Assembly: GCA_024643365.1 (NCBI GenBank)
Contig: JAHENC010000004.1
Coordinates: 67,046 to 131,045 of the forward strand
Reading direction: 5' to 3'
Source: Crocinitomicaceae bacterium
Lineage (GTDB): Bacteria; Bacteroidota; Bacteroidia; Flavobacteriales_D; Crocinitomicaceae
Length of the DNA stretch: 64,000 nucleotides
Below the pieces are notes generated by a model, which saw nothing but the letters and a program-made list of their open reading frames with translations, was not told where the DNA came from and did no database searches. Of the stretch, positions 8,406 through 17,814 are shown piece after piece. Both the position numbers and the translations under genes were made by a program. Within the stretch, counting starts at the first letter, position 1. Every line of letters starts with the position of its first letter.

Positions 8406-10793
8406 ATGATGAGAAGTAGTTTTTTGATGGTTTTGGTCGCACTGGCGATGCACACAACGACATGGAGTCAATTGATTACGAGTTCCACATTGTCGCCTCA
8501 AGGACTTGTTCAAAATGTGCTCCTCGGAAGCGGCGTCACGGTTTCGAATGTGATGTATAATGGCAGTCCTGGTGCTATTGGGCAGTTCACGGCTAACAAT
8601 ACCACACTCGGCATTACGCAAGGTATTGTGATGACAACAGGTACGGTTCAAGCAACTTCTAGTGGCCCCCAAGGACCAAATAATCAATCGAATGCCGGAA
8701 TGGACAACAACGCTCCTGGTTCTCCCTTACTTACGAATCAAGTTCTCGGCGGAACACAAACATTCAATGCGGCAACCCTAGAATTTGATTTCATTCCATA
8801 TGCTGATACAGTCCGTTTTAAATACGTTTTCGGTTCAGATGAATATCCTGAATTCGCACCACCAAATAACTCGGGATACAATGATGTTTTCGGATTTTTT
8901 ATTTCTGGACCCGGAATTATCGGCATGCAAAACATCGCACGTTTACCAAATGGTGGTGGTATCGTATCTATTAACAATGTAAACGCTATTACGAATCAAC
9001 AATTTTTTACTTTCAACGGTGATGGAAATTCTCCTCCCTACAATAATAGTACTCAGTATATTCAATACGATGGATTTACAAAGGTTCTTGAGGCAGTATC
9101 TAAAGTTCAGTGTGGACAAACCTATCACCTGATTATTGCCATTGCCGATGCTGGTGATGGACAATGGGACTCTGGAATGTTTTTGGAAGCAAATAGCTTA
9201 TCAACAAAAACGCCCATAGAAATTGATTATACATTGTCACAACAAGTTTATCCTAATCCAGATTGGCTTGCAGAAGGCTGTGTTTCCTCCACTGTTACTT
9301 TAACACGCCAAAATAACCTTTCTTCACCCTTAACAATCCCAGTTCAAGTAAGCGGTACAGCTACCAATGGACTAGATTATTCGGGGATTCCTGGAAGTAT
9401 TTCATTTGGAGCAGGTCAAAACACTTCCACCTTTACCATGAATGCCTTATTCGATAACCTAACAGAGGGACTTGAAAATGTGGTTTTAACATTTCCTATA
9501 AGTGATCCATGTGGGAACATCACTCCTTTAGTAGTCACACTTTACATTCAGGATGTGACACCTCTAACTGTTTCGATTAACGGTGCAACAATTGCTTGTC
9601 CCGGTGATCCAATTAACCTAACGACCAACGTTACTGGAGGAGTGACACCATATCAATATACTTGGAACACAGGAGCAACAACGAGTACGATCAATTTCAC
9701 ACCGACCACTACACAAACAATTTCGGTGCAAGTGACCGATGCTTGTGCGAGTCCAGCGACTACCGCCACAATTGTGGTAAATGTCCCGCAATACCAACCA
9801 ATCACTTTAACTGTTAGCGGCGATATCACGGAAATATGTCCATATTTACCTGAAGATTTTGGAGTCTTGGCAAGTGGTGGAACAGGGGCATACAATTATC
9901 TTTGGACCGTCAATAACTCCATAATTGGTACGAGTGATTCGATTTCTGTTTCCCCGTCCGTTACTTCGAATTACATTGTTCAAGTAAGTGACAATTGTGG
10001 AAATTTTGCATCAGATTCGATTCTTTACACGATTACTAGTCCACCATTAACGCTGCAATTAAACGGACCGATTCAAATTTGCCCAGGTGACAGTGCATTT
10101 TTACAAGTAACAGCATCAGGGGGATTCGGTAACTATTATTATTTATGGACCCAAACCAATGAAACAACACCAAGTATTTGGGTGAATCCGCCAGTTACAA
10201 CATCATATTTTGTACAAGTTTCTGATGAATGTCAATCCTTTTTTGTCACGGGAGTTGCTCTCGTTCAAGTGGTTAAGCCTTCCGCTGATTTTTGGGTAAT
10301 GACGCACTATCCCACTCAGGGTTTATCTACTTCATTTCTAAATCAATCACAAAATGCTTGGGCATATGTTTGGGATTTTGGCGATGGATCCACCTCTTCT
10401 TTTTTAGTTAATCCAACACATATCTACACTGCACCTGGAGCATATTTAGTTACCTTAACTGCTACCGACGAGAAAGGATGTATTGACAGCGTGGGTAAAT
10501 GGATTCAAGTCCTACCAGAACGGTATATTTATTTTCCGAATTCTTTCACTCCTGATGAAGATGGTTGCAACGAATTCTATTTTGGAAATTTCATCGGACT
10601 CATGAGCGGACATTTTTACCTTTACGACCGTTGGGGTGAATTAATTTTCGAATCGACTGATTTAAACTTTAAATGGGACGGAAAATACCAAGGTGTTCCT
10701 GTTCAAATTGGTACCTATTCGTGGTATTTTGTCTATGAAATTGGCAAGGGTATCTTCGAAGAAGTAACCGGTCACGTCAATGTTATTCGTTAG
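8406..10793 (+). CDS. Large secreted adhesin-like protein with T9SS type B (gliding motility-associated) C-terminal domain
   Basis: Start refined to ATG 8406 (the track begins at TTG 8397). The signal peptide is MMRSSFLMVLVALAMHTTTWSQ. The N-terminal region resembles choice-of-anchor L domains (LVQNVLLGSGVTVSNV, FGSDEYPEF, DGQWDSGMFLEANS). It is followed by three ~80-aa Cys-containing Ig-like repeats, a PKD-like module (WDFGDGSTSS) and a C-terminal type B sorting domain (YFPNSFTPDEDGCNEFY...YDRWGELIF...WDGKYQG). Confidence 0.8.
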   Translation: MMRSSFLMVLVALAMHTTTWSQLITSSTLSPQGLVQNVLLGSGVTVSNVMYNGSPGAIGQFTANNTTLGITQGIVMTTGTVQATSSGPQGPNNQSNAGMDNNAPGSPLLTNQVLGGTQTFNAATLEFDFIPYADTVRFKYVFGSDEYPEFAPPNNSGYNDVFGFFISGPGIIGMQNIARLPNGGGIVSINNVNAITNQQFFTFNGDGNSPPYNNSTQYIQYDGFTKVLEAVSKVQCGQTYHLIIAIADAGDGQWDSGMFLEANSLSTKTPIEIDYTLSQQVYPNPDWLAEGCVSSTVTLTRQNNLSSPLTIPVQVSGTATNGLDYSGIPGSISFGAGQNTSTFTMNALFDNLTEGLENVVLTFPISDPCGNITPLVVTLYIQDVTPLTVSINGATIACPGDPINLTTNVTGGVTPYQYTWNTGATTSTINFTPTTTQTISVQVTDACASPATTATIVVNVPQYQPITLTVSGDITEICPYLPEDFGVLASGGTGAYNYLWTVNNSIIGTSDSISVSPSVTSNYIVQVSDNCGNFASDSILYTITSPPLTLQLNGPIQICPGDSAFLQVTASGGFGNYYYLWTQTNETTPSIWVNPPVTTSYFVQVSDECQSFFVTGVALVQVVKPSADFWVMTHYPTQGLSTSFLNQSQNAWAYVWDFGDGSTSSFLVNPTHIYTAPGAYLVTLTATDEKGCIDSVGKWIQVLPERYIYFPNSFTPDEDGCNEFYFGNFIGLMSGHFYLYDRWGELIFESTDLNFKWDGKYQGVPVQIGTYSWYFVYEIGKGIFEEVTGHVNVIR

Positions 10794-12772
10794 AGTGAAT
10801 TCAACAGTGCATCGGTCACTGGATAATTCAATGATTTAGCGTTTAAAATGTAGCTTTTCGCTTTTTCTTTATTGCCAATCTGTTGTTGGGCAATACCGGC
10901 ATTAAACCAGATATATGGGTCATTTTGATTCATTGCAATGGCTTTTTCTAGTGATTCCGCACCTTGTTTGAATTTTCCTTGGTTAACAAATGCCGTACCT
11001 TGATAGAAATGTCCTTCCCATCGTTGAGGTGCGACTTTCAAAAGTGTTAAACTTGTTTTGATACACGCTTGATAATTCTTGTTATTGAGGTAGGCTGCAC
11101 AAAGATTCACTAAAGTTCCTACATCGTTTGGACGTAGTTTAAGTGCTTGATTGAAGTCCTTTAAGGCATTCGTATAATCCAACATTTTAATGTAGGTAAT
11201 ACCACGATTTAAATGAACATCAAATGTGTTTGGATTTCGCTCAAGTGCCATTGTATACATTTGAAGAGAGGAATCATACTTGTTCATCAGGGCATACATA
11301 TTTCCAACATTGGAGTAGATTAATGGATCTTTCACGCGCGCTTTGACAAGTACTAAATAGTCGTTCATAGCGGCGCTTGAATCGCCGTTTTCACGGTAGA
11401 AATTACCCCTGTTTTTATAGGCAACTTCTGCTCCGGTTTGCAGTACTTCAATGGATTCACTCGTTTCATTTAAAACGAATGGATATTTTTCAATGACATC
11501 GGTCCAAAGTGTACCGGAATTGGTCCAAACTTTGGTTCGCTCAAACGAGGCAAACATAAGAACAATGGAAAAAAGCATCATTCCACCAATTATCCAGTTC
11601 TTGAAACTTTGAAAAACTTTCCATTTCTCAAGGAACATCAATAGCATCATACTGATTCCAATATAGGGAATGTAGCTATATCTATCCGCTGTAATGGCAG
11701 CACCAACACTGATAAACTGTAGGACAAGCGCAACCATTAAAGAGAAGAAGCCAATACCAAAAAGACTTATTTTAAAGGACTCAAGGTTTTTTCTCCAAGA
11801 AAAGAAGAGTATTCCACCCATTAAGAAGAGCAAAACAAAGGGCGCCAAAGTAAAATAAAGGGGAAGCTCGTTTAAACGGTCCAAATTGGGATAGGGGTAG
11901 AATGCGGATAATCCAATTGGAACAAAAAATTTCATCCAATAGGAAAGGAAGCCGTATGATGCAAACATGATTCGTTGCCAACCTGTAAAGAAGTCAAAAT
12001 CTGTGATGGCTCCTTTGGATTGTATCTCGAGGGCATTTAAACCGAACCAGAGGGCAACGGCAATAAATGGAATTTTTTCCAACAGTGATTTCCAATTAAT
12101 TTTTCGTCCTTTCAGGTAATCTATTAAAATGAAGACAAATGGAAGCGGAACTGCCATAGCTTTGCTTAGGCAGGAAAGTATAAATAATCCAAAGCAAATG
12201 ATTAACCAAACATAATTTTGTTTTCTTTGAAAGCTAAGGTAGCTTAGTAAGGATAATAAGAAGAATAGGGTATACAGAACATCTTTTCGCTCGGAAATCC
12301 ACGCAACACTCTCCACATGCATGGGATGAATCGCAAAAATGAGGGCTCCAAAAAACGAAACAAATGTCGAGCCATTCGCAATATTGAAGAGAAAAATAAA
12401 GACTAAAATCGCATTACAGCAGTGAAGAAATAAATTCGTTTGGAAATAGGGTTGAATAGCTAATTCAGCTGCTTCGTAGTTCTTTGCGAGCGTCCACATG
12501 GTGATTGGATGGTAATTCAACATCACTTCCGTGCTTGGTTTCCACAATAAAGCCGAACTATCTGGGTCTTGTGTTTTGATCAAGGGTTGATTCACGACAT
12601 AACCTAAGTCATCCCAATTGGTGAATTGTTTTTCCGGGGAGAATCCAGGTGAAAAAGTGAAATAAGTCGCGATGACCAACAAGGCGAGTAAAAGGAGGTG
12701 AGATGATTTTCCGTACCAACGAACACCTGACACAGAGGAATCTTCAGTTAATTTCTTTTCTTTTGACCCCAT
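10790..12772 (-). CDS. Polytopic membrane protein with C-terminal TPR repeats (GT-C/PMT_2-like, TMTC-like architecture)
   Basis: 660 aa. About 11 hydrophobic helices occupy the first ~430 aa, and at least 5 TPR-like repeats follow (NRGNFYRENGD..., YSNVGNMYALMNKYDSSLQMY, LNRGITYIKMLDYTNALKDFNQAL...). The architecture matches bacterial DUF1736/TMTC-like putative glycosyltransferases. The family assignment is an inference. Confidence 0.6.
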   Translation of the reverse strand: MGSKEKKLTEDSSVSGVRWYGKSSHLLLLALLVIATYFTFSPGFSPEKQFTNWDDLGYVVNQPLIKTQDPDSSALLWKPSTEVMLNYHPITMWTLAKNYEAAELAIQPYFQTNLFLHCCNAILVFIFLFNIANGSTFVSFFGALIFAIHPMHVESVAWISERKDVLYTLFFLLSLLSYLSFQRKQNYVWLIICFGLFILSCLSKAMAVPLPFVFILIDYLKGRKINWKSLLEKIPFIAVALWFGLNALEIQSKGAITDFDFFTGWQRIMFASYGFLSYWMKFFVPIGLSAFYPYPNLDRLNELPLYFTLAPFVLLFLMGGILFFSWRKNLESFKISLFGIGFFSLMVALVLQFISVGAAITADRYSYIPYIGISMMLLMFLEKWKVFQSFKNWIIGGMMLFSIVLMFASFERTKVWTNSGTLWTDVIEKYPFVLNETSESIEVLQTGAEVAYKNRGNFYRENGDSSAAMNDYLVLVKARVKDPLIYSNVGNMYALMNKYDSSLQMYTMALERNPNTFDVHLNRGITYIKMLDYTNALKDFNQALKLRPNDVGTLVNLCAAYLNNKNYQACIKTSLTLLKVAPQRWEGHFYQGTAFVNQGKFKQGAESLEKAIAMNQNDPYIWFNAGIAQQQIGNKEKAKSYILNAKSLNYPVTDALLNSL

Positions 12773-12784
12773 AGTTTCGGAATT

Positions 12785-13759
12785 TTAATCGTTGGATATA
12801 ATCTCGAACAACTCGTTTAGATTTGGCGAGATAATCACTTCAATTCGTCTGTTTTTAGCTTTATCATTCACATCTACAGGATGAAATTCCCCACGTCCAG
12901 CTGCCATTACTTGAATAGGTGACATGGTAGAATTCGCTAATAGAATTTCTACTACGGATGTTGCGCGAAGCACAGAAAGTTCCCAATTGTTTTTTGGAGA
13001 GTTTGGACTCGATAATTTATCCGTATCGGTGTGTCCTTCAACAACAATTTCTAAGTCCTTCTCGCTTTCTAAAACTTGGCCTAGTTGAATTAACGCATCT
13101 CTTCCCTCTGGTTCAACAAATGTCGATCCTGATTTGAATAACAGTTTCGCTTCTAAACTAACGTATATTTTGCCGTTTTTTTGAACAACAGTTAAGCCTT
13201 TGTTTTCAAATCCACGCAATGCGTTAGCTACTTTTGCTTTCAACAATTGAATTCCAGCGTCTTTTTTGCGAATCGCTTCCTCCAATTCGTTGACACGTTT
13301 TTCGCGCTCTACAAGCAATTTTTGTTTTGCTTTCAACTCTTCATCCAATTTCAAAAGTGCATCGGCCTTACGTTGCAATTCTTTATTGGTATTCTCCAAT
13401 TCAATTTGAAGTTCAGATGTTTCTTTTGCACTGAGGTTTTTCATTTTGTTAAATGAATTCTCTAAGGATTCATGTTGAGACATTAGCTGTTCGTAATCAC
13501 GTTGCAAAAGTCTCATTGCATTACCTGTTGCCGAAGTATCTTGTTTTAATTTGCTGACGTCTTTAGATGCTAAGCTATACTTGTTCTGTAAATCTTTGGA
13601 CAAGGATTCAAAATCACTTGAGCTTTTTTTGAATTTTGCCAATTCTTCTGAGCACGCCTTTTCTCTTGCTTCCAATTCTTTGTATTTCTTTGGAGCAACG
13701 CAAGAGCTCATTCCAATAACGATGAATAGCGCAGTAATAATAAGAGACTTATTTTTCAT
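12785..13759 (-). CDS. OmpA-family lipoprotein with long coiled-coil N-terminal region
   Basis: Start refined to ATG 13759 (MKNKSLIITALFIVIGMSSC, a lipobox); the track begins at TTG 13780. The central part is heptad-rich (KELEAREKACSEELAKFKK...ELQRKADALLKLDEELKAKQKLL). The C-terminus is an OmpA/MotB peptidoglycan-binding domain (VEGHTDTD...NWELSVLRATSVVEIL...GRGEFHPV...NRRIEVII). Confidence 0.8.
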   Translation of the reverse strand: MKNKSLIITALFIVIGMSSCVAPKKYKELEAREKACSEELAKFKKSSSDFESLSKDLQNKYSLASKDVSKLKQDTSATGNAMRLLQRDYEQLMSQHESLENSFNKMKNLSAKETSELQIELENTNKELQRKADALLKLDEELKAKQKLLVEREKRVNELEEAIRKKDAGIQLLKAKVANALRGFENKGLTVVQKNGKIYVSLEAKLLFKSGSTFVEPEGRDALIQLGQVLESEKDLEIVVEGHTDTDKLSSPNSPKNNWELSVLRATSVVEILLANSTMSPIQVMAAGRGEFHPVDVNDKAKNRRIEVIISPNLNELFEIISND

Positions 13760-13896
13760 GATAAAAGTGATTTGGTACAAATTTCGAAAAGATCATCATG
13801 CATAATTCAATGATTGAATGAACTTTTAAACAATGAAAATTTCATAATTGTCTTTGACATACTTCGTTGGAAGTAGACGTGGTCCTTGGTATTTTG

Positions 13897-13904
13897 TAAC
13901 TTTG
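13897..13904 (+). promoter_or_regulatory. Candidate Bacteroidota -7 promoter box (TAACTTTG)
   Basis: Perfect TAnnTTTG match 14 nt upstream of ATG 13919. It lies inside the TTG-started N-terminal extension of the track ORF, which argues for the downstream ATG. I saw no clear -33 TTTG. Confidence 0.4.
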
Positions 13905-13918
13905 CACAAAAATCAAGC

Positions 13919-14476
13919 ATGCAGTCAAAAAAAGTGAAGCTTTCCGAGGCCTTAAAACAGTTTCAATCCAATGTTGAAACAGATGTCCTTGCGGCGCTTA
14001 AACTATTCGAACAACAAGGAGACATTTCTATTTTACCTTCTGTTTTTGAAAAATTGCGCAGCTGTGAATTGAGTATCGAAAAAGCCATACTGGGTTTTTT
14101 ATCGGACATTCAGAAAATAGAGGCAAAGGCAGTTTTTATACAATTTCTTTCTGAAGAAAAAGAACAGGCACTTCGCCAAAAGGTGTTAACGACGCTTTGG
14201 AATTCAAAATTGACCTATGATGAACATTTGCCTTTCTTTGTCATGCTTGCCTCTACGGGTGATTTCATGCAAGCTTTGGAATGTTTAACGATTATAGAAA
14301 ACATGCAAGGACCTTTTGCGGAACATGAATTATTGGAATCTCAACTTTTATTGAAAGAGTACGTAGAGGAATCAACGAATGAAGACGAGCAAAAGCGTCA
14401 AATCATGAGTGAAATTGCCTGGTTTATCAAAGAACAAAATGAAGGTATTGATGCCGATTTATTAATTGAAGACTAG
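13919..14476 (+). CDS. Hypothetical cytoplasmic helical protein
   Basis: 185 aa from ATG 13919 (MQSKKVKLSEA...). The sequence is helix-rich and acidic at the C-terminus, with no motif I recognise. It sits upstream of yicC-gmk-nadD on the same strand. Confidence 0.5.
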   Translation: MQSKKVKLSEALKQFQSNVETDVLAALKLFEQQGDISILPSVFEKLRSCELSIEKAILGFLSDIQKIEAKAVFIQFLSEEKEQALRQKVLTTLWNSKLTYDEHLPFFVMLASTGDFMQALECLTIIENMQGPFAEHELLESQLLLKEYVEESTNEDEQKRQIMSEIAWFIKEQNEGIDADLLIED

Positions 14477-14512
14477 TCTATTTCACCTTTTAACAGCTAA
14501 AAAAACGCACAT

Positions 14513-15379
14513 ATGTTGCAATCGATGACAGGCTTTGGGAAAAGCAATGGCCTATACCAATCAAAAAAAGTTTCTATTGAAATCCGTTCCCTGAATAGTA
14601 AGGGATTAGATTTAAACTTACGGATTCCGTCTGCATACCGTGAATTAGAGTCTGAATTACGTAAACTTCTTGGAGAACAGTTAGATCGTGGAAAAATTGA
14701 TTTTGGTATTTATATCGAAAGTCAATCCGATCAATCAAACGGATTGATTAATACGGAACTTGCCACTTTGTATTACCAAGAATTAAAAAAACTCAACGAA
14801 TCTTGGTCTGAAGCACCTGTCGATTACTTATCATTAGTATTGCGTCTGCCGGAAGTTTTGAATCAACAAGCTCCGGAGGTAAGTGATGAAGAAAAAAAAT
14901 TCATCATGGACCTTGCGTTGAGTGCCTGTGAAAAACTTACCCAATTTCGTGCACAAGAAGGGGAGGCCTTGCATGCTGATTTCACAGAGAAAATTGAATC
15001 AATTCGAAATGGGATTCAAGAAATACGAGTGTTTGAACCTGAAAGAATTCAGGTCATTCGTGAGCGTATTTCCAAAGCTTTAACAGATTTATCGGATGTA
15101 AGAATTGATGAAAATCGTTTGGAGCAAGAAATGATTTTCTACTTGGAAAAACTGGATGTTTCGGAAGAAAAAATGCGTTTAACCAATCACTTGGATTATT
15201 TCCTCAATACAATGGTTATTCCAAGAAACGGAAAAAAATTAGGTTTCATCTGTCAGGAAATGGGACGAGAAATCAATACGCTTGGAAGTAAATGCAACCA
15301 TGCTGAGATTCAAAAACGAGTAGTTGACATGAAGGATAACTTAGAAAAGATGAAAGAACAAATCTTAAACACGCTCTAA
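14513..15379 (+). CDS. yicC: YicC-family stress-induced protein
   Basis: 288 aa. It has the characteristic N-terminus MLQSMTGFGKS, the IEIRSLNSKGLDL segment, and the C-terminal DUF1732-like EMGREINTLGSK motif. Confidence 0.85.
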   Translation: MLQSMTGFGKSNGLYQSKKVSIEIRSLNSKGLDLNLRIPSAYRELESELRKLLGEQLDRGKIDFGIYIESQSDQSNGLINTELATLYYQELKKLNESWSEAPVDYLSLVLRLPEVLNQQAPEVSDEEKKFIMDLALSACEKLTQFRAQEGEALHADFTEKIESIRNGIQEIRVFEPERIQVIRERISKALTDLSDVRIDENRLEQEMIFYLEKLDVSEEKMRLTNHLDYFLNTMVIPRNGKKLGFICQEMGREINTLGSKCNHAEIQKRVVDMKDNLEKMKEQILNTL

Positions 15380-15389
15380 TTTTCGATCG

Positions 15390-15956
15390 ATGGAAGGAAA
15401 ATGCATCATCATTTCTGCTCCCTCTGGTGCTGGAAAAACGACAATTGTTCAAGCCTTGTTGAAAGAAATGACTCAACTTGCTTTCTCGATTTCAGCTTGT
15501 TCTCGTGAACCAAGAGGAAACGAGCAAAATGGCATTGATTATTATTTTTTAGGCAGGGAAGGCTTTGAACAACGTATCGCAGAGGAAGCTTTCTTAGAAT
15601 GGGAAGAAGTGTATGACGGCATGTTTTATGGAACTTTAAAATCTGAACTTACACGTATTTGGAGTGAGGGAAAAACGGTTATTTTTGATGTGGATGTTGT
15701 CGGTGGAATTCACTTAAAACAAATCATGGGAGAAAAGGCTCTCAGTATTTTTATTCAACCACCATCTATGGAAGAACTATCACGCAGATTAACTTCTCGA
15801 AATACAGATTCTATCGATAAAATAACTATGCGCTTAGCGAAAGCGAAACAAGAAATCGAACAAGCGAAAGATTTTGATGTTATTGTAGTCAATGATCAAT
15901 TAGAATTGGCTATTCAAACTGTACGTTCTACCATTTCAAGTTTTATCCATCCATGA
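15390..15956 (+). CDS. gmk: Guanylate kinase
   Basis: 188 aa with a P-loop (ISAPSGAGKTT) and SACSREPRGNEQNGIDYYF, typical of Gmk. Confidence 0.9.
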   Translation: MEGKCIIISAPSGAGKTTIVQALLKEMTQLAFSISACSREPRGNEQNGIDYYFLGREGFEQRIAEEAFLEWEEVYDGMFYGTLKSELTRIWSEGKTVIFDVDVVGGIHLKQIMGEKALSIFIQPPSMEELSRRLTSRNTDSIDKITMRLAKAKQEIEQAKDFDVIVVNDQLELAIQTVRSTISSFIHP

Positions 15957-16567
15957 ATATAGGACTATACTTCGGGACATTTAATCCCATTCACGTCGGA
16001 CATTTAATCATTGCGAATTACATGGTTGAACATACGGATGTGGATCAAGTATGGATGGTTGTGACACCACAAAATCCGTTAAAGGATAAATCCACCTTGT
16101 TAAAAGATTCACATCGCTTAAATATTGTTCGAGAGGCAATTGAAGACAATTTGAAGTTACGTGCATCAGATATTGAGTTTCATTTACCCAAACCGAATTA
16201 TACGATTTCCACCCTGACCCATCTGAACGAGAGATACCCAGACCATCATTTCTCACTGATCATGGGAGAGGATAATTTAAGAACATTCCACAAATGGTAT
16301 AATCATGAGGTCATTTTGGCAAAACACACGATTTACGTTTATCCGAGAGTGTTAACAAGTTCGGAAGAAGCAGAAGTAATTGCCCAAAAAGGAACGATTG
16401 ACCATCCATATCGAAACGCAGCGAATGTTGTTTTTTGCGATGATGCTCCGATTATGAAGGTATCCGCAAGTTTCATTCGTCAATCGATCAAGGAAGGAAA
16501 AGACGTACGTTACTTATTGACGGAGCCGGTGTATAAGTACATTACAGATATGCATTTCTATAAATAA
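15953..16567 (+). CDS. nadD: Nicotinate-nucleotide adenylyltransferase
   Basis: 204 aa. It has the GLYFGTFNPIHVGHL (HxGH) nucleotidyltransferase motif and a C-terminal SASFIR (ISSTxxR-like) motif. An ATGA overlap links it to gmk. Confidence 0.9.
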   Translation: MNIGLYFGTFNPIHVGHLIIANYMVEHTDVDQVWMVVTPQNPLKDKSTLLKDSHRLNIVREAIEDNLKLRASDIEFHLPKPNYTISTLTHLNERYPDHHFSLIMGEDNLRTFHKWYNHEVILAKHTIYVYPRVLTSSEEAEVIAQKGTIDHPYRNAANVVFCDDAPIMKVSASFIRQSIKEGKDVRYLLTEPVYKYITDMHFYK

Positions 16568-16599
16568 AAAGGGGGCTTCATTTGAAGCCCCCTTTTTTT
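16566..16599. terminator. Bidirectional rho-independent terminator
   Basis: The sequence aaaaaGGGGGCTTCA-tt-TGAAGCCCCCttttttt forms a 10-bp GC-rich perfect stem flanked by an A-run and a T-run. It lies between the convergent nadD (+) gene and the T9SS cargo gene (-). Confidence 0.8.
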
Positions 16600-16617
16600 A
16601 TACTGAAAGATTTCCTC

Positions 16618-17373
16618 TTAGTTTTTCAAAAATTTAACGATTTCTACTCCGTTAGCATGTGCTACGTGAATAAAGTAGATTCCCGAAGTTAATCCACTTG
16701 TATCGAAAGTTAAGTTACTCGAAGCATTCATTTTTCTAGTTTCAATTGTTTTCCCTTCAATATTCGTTAAACTAATTTCTGAAACCTTCAAACTTGCCGT
16801 AATACCATTTACGGTAATGCTAGCATTCGCAGGATTTGGACTCACGGAGATTGGAGAAATGATTCCTTCAATTACTCCCGCTGTTCCGACAACAATTTTA
16901 TATCCAGGGAAAGAAACGGGTTGAGTTATCGGAGTTGGAGGTAAACCAGGGAAAAGAGTGACCAATACTGTGGCAGTCACTTCGATAGTAATAGGATACG
17001 TTCCTGCAGTTGCGGTTGTCCCATAAATATTTGCACATCCATTCGCGCCACCCGCGTATGTACAACTACTGATATTACACGCATAGTTAAATCCAGCAGG
17101 TAAACCTGTTAAGCCAGTCACGGTAAATCCTTGAATTGGAGAACCAACAAACTGTCCAGTTGCATCTAATTCAGCAGTAACTGTAGCTGGAACTTTAAAG
17201 TTTACGTCTGCAGAATATGCAATATTCACAAGTGCTGAAGGTAAATTTTGAGTAGTATCTGGCCAAACACCGTATGTTGAATCAACGTAGTTTGCTCCTG
17301 GAGTACAAGATTGTGCCCAAGATACTGCATTCAACAAGAAGGTTGAAAGAGAGAGAATCAATAGTTTTTTCAT
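16618..17373 (-). CDS. Secreted protein with T9SS type A (Por-tail) C-terminal sorting domain
   Basis: 251 aa. It has a signal peptide (MKKLLILSLSTFLLNAVSWAQ) and a C-terminal ~75-aa Por_Secre_tail pattern (VSPNPANASITV...LTSGIYFIHVAHANGVEIVKFLKN). Confidence 0.7.
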   Translation of the reverse strand: MKKLLILSLSTFLLNAVSWAQSCTPGANYVDSTYGVWPDTTQNLPSALVNIAYSADVNFKVPATVTAELDATGQFVGSPIQGFTVTGLTGLPAGFNYACNISSCTYAGGANGCANIYGTTATAGTYPITIEVTATVLVTLFPGLPPTPITQPVSFPGYKIVVGTAGVIEGIISPISVSPNPANASITVNGITASLKVSEISLTNIEGKTIETRKMNASSNLTFDTSGLTSGIYFIHVAHANGVEIVKFLKN

Positions 17374-17395
17374 AGTTTCTGTTAATTAATAGGTT

Positions 17396-17403
17396 CAAAG
17401 ATA
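17396..17403 (-). promoter_or_regulatory. Candidate -7 promoter box (TATCTTTG on minus strand)
   Basis: The plus strand reads caaagata, a perfect TAnnTTTG on the minus strand 22 nt upstream of the ATG at 17373. Confidence 0.4.
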
Positions 17404-17484
17404 GGGTTTTTTGCATTTATCTTGATTAAACGACGAATTTCACGTTTATTGTATATCAATCTAGAAGTATCTTCTCAAGTTTTT

Positions 17485-17492
17485 TAATTTTG
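17485..17492 (+). promoter_or_regulatory. Candidate -7 promoter box (TAATTTTG) 4 nt from the ATG (leaderless geometry)
   Basis: The sequence reads TAATTTTGcaccATG. The box ends 4 nt before the ATG at 17497. Confidence 0.4.
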
Positions 17493-17496
17493 CACC

Positions 17497-17814
17497 ATGG
17501 TACTATATAATGTAACGGTAAGCATTGATCGTGAAATCGAATCGGAATGGCTTGAATGGATGCGAAAAACACACATTCCTCAGGTAATGGAAACAGGTTG
17601 TTTTTTGGAATGTCGAATTTCAAAAATCCAAGGTGAAGAAGACGGGGGATCAGCATATTCTTGCTTGTATCTATCACCAACTTCGGAGAAATTGGATGAG
17701 TATCATGCAAAATATGCTCCTGATTTACAACAAGATCATGCAATTCGTTATGGAGGAAAATTCGCAGCGTTTAGAACAAATTTAACGGTCATCGAAGAAT
17801 TCAAAGCATCATGA
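17497..17814 (+). CDS. DUF4286-family protein
   Basis: 105 aa. The N-terminus MVLYNVTVSIDREIESEWLEWMRKTHIPQVMETGCF matches my recollection of the DUF4286 family, which is commonly found upstream of rsmA in Bacteroidota. An ATGA overlap links it to rsmA. Confidence 0.6.
   Translation: MVLYNVTVSIDREIESEWLEWMRKTHIPQVMETGCFLECRISKIQGEEDGGSAYSCLYLSPTSEKLDEYHAKYAPDLQQDHAIRYGGKFAAFRTNLTVIEEFKAS

Noticed and set aside
8382-8687. A 101-aa minus-strand ORF rich in Cys, His and Arg that overlaps the 5' end of the adhesin gene.
   Set aside because: It is entirely antisense to a gene with a clear signal peptide and domain structure. Its composition is atypical for this genome's proteins, and it has no promoter or start signals.
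1122-13759. The ExbB/ExbD-like proton-channel genes together with a coiled-coil OmpA-domain protein, as a possible Zorya-like (ZorAB) defence module.
   Set aside because: The ExbB/ExbD/TonB-like genes form a standard three-gene Ton operon. The OmpA lipoprotein is 10 kb away in a different transcription unit. The ExbB homolog has no long ZorA-type C-terminal tail, and no ZorC, ZorD or ZorE-like genes are present.
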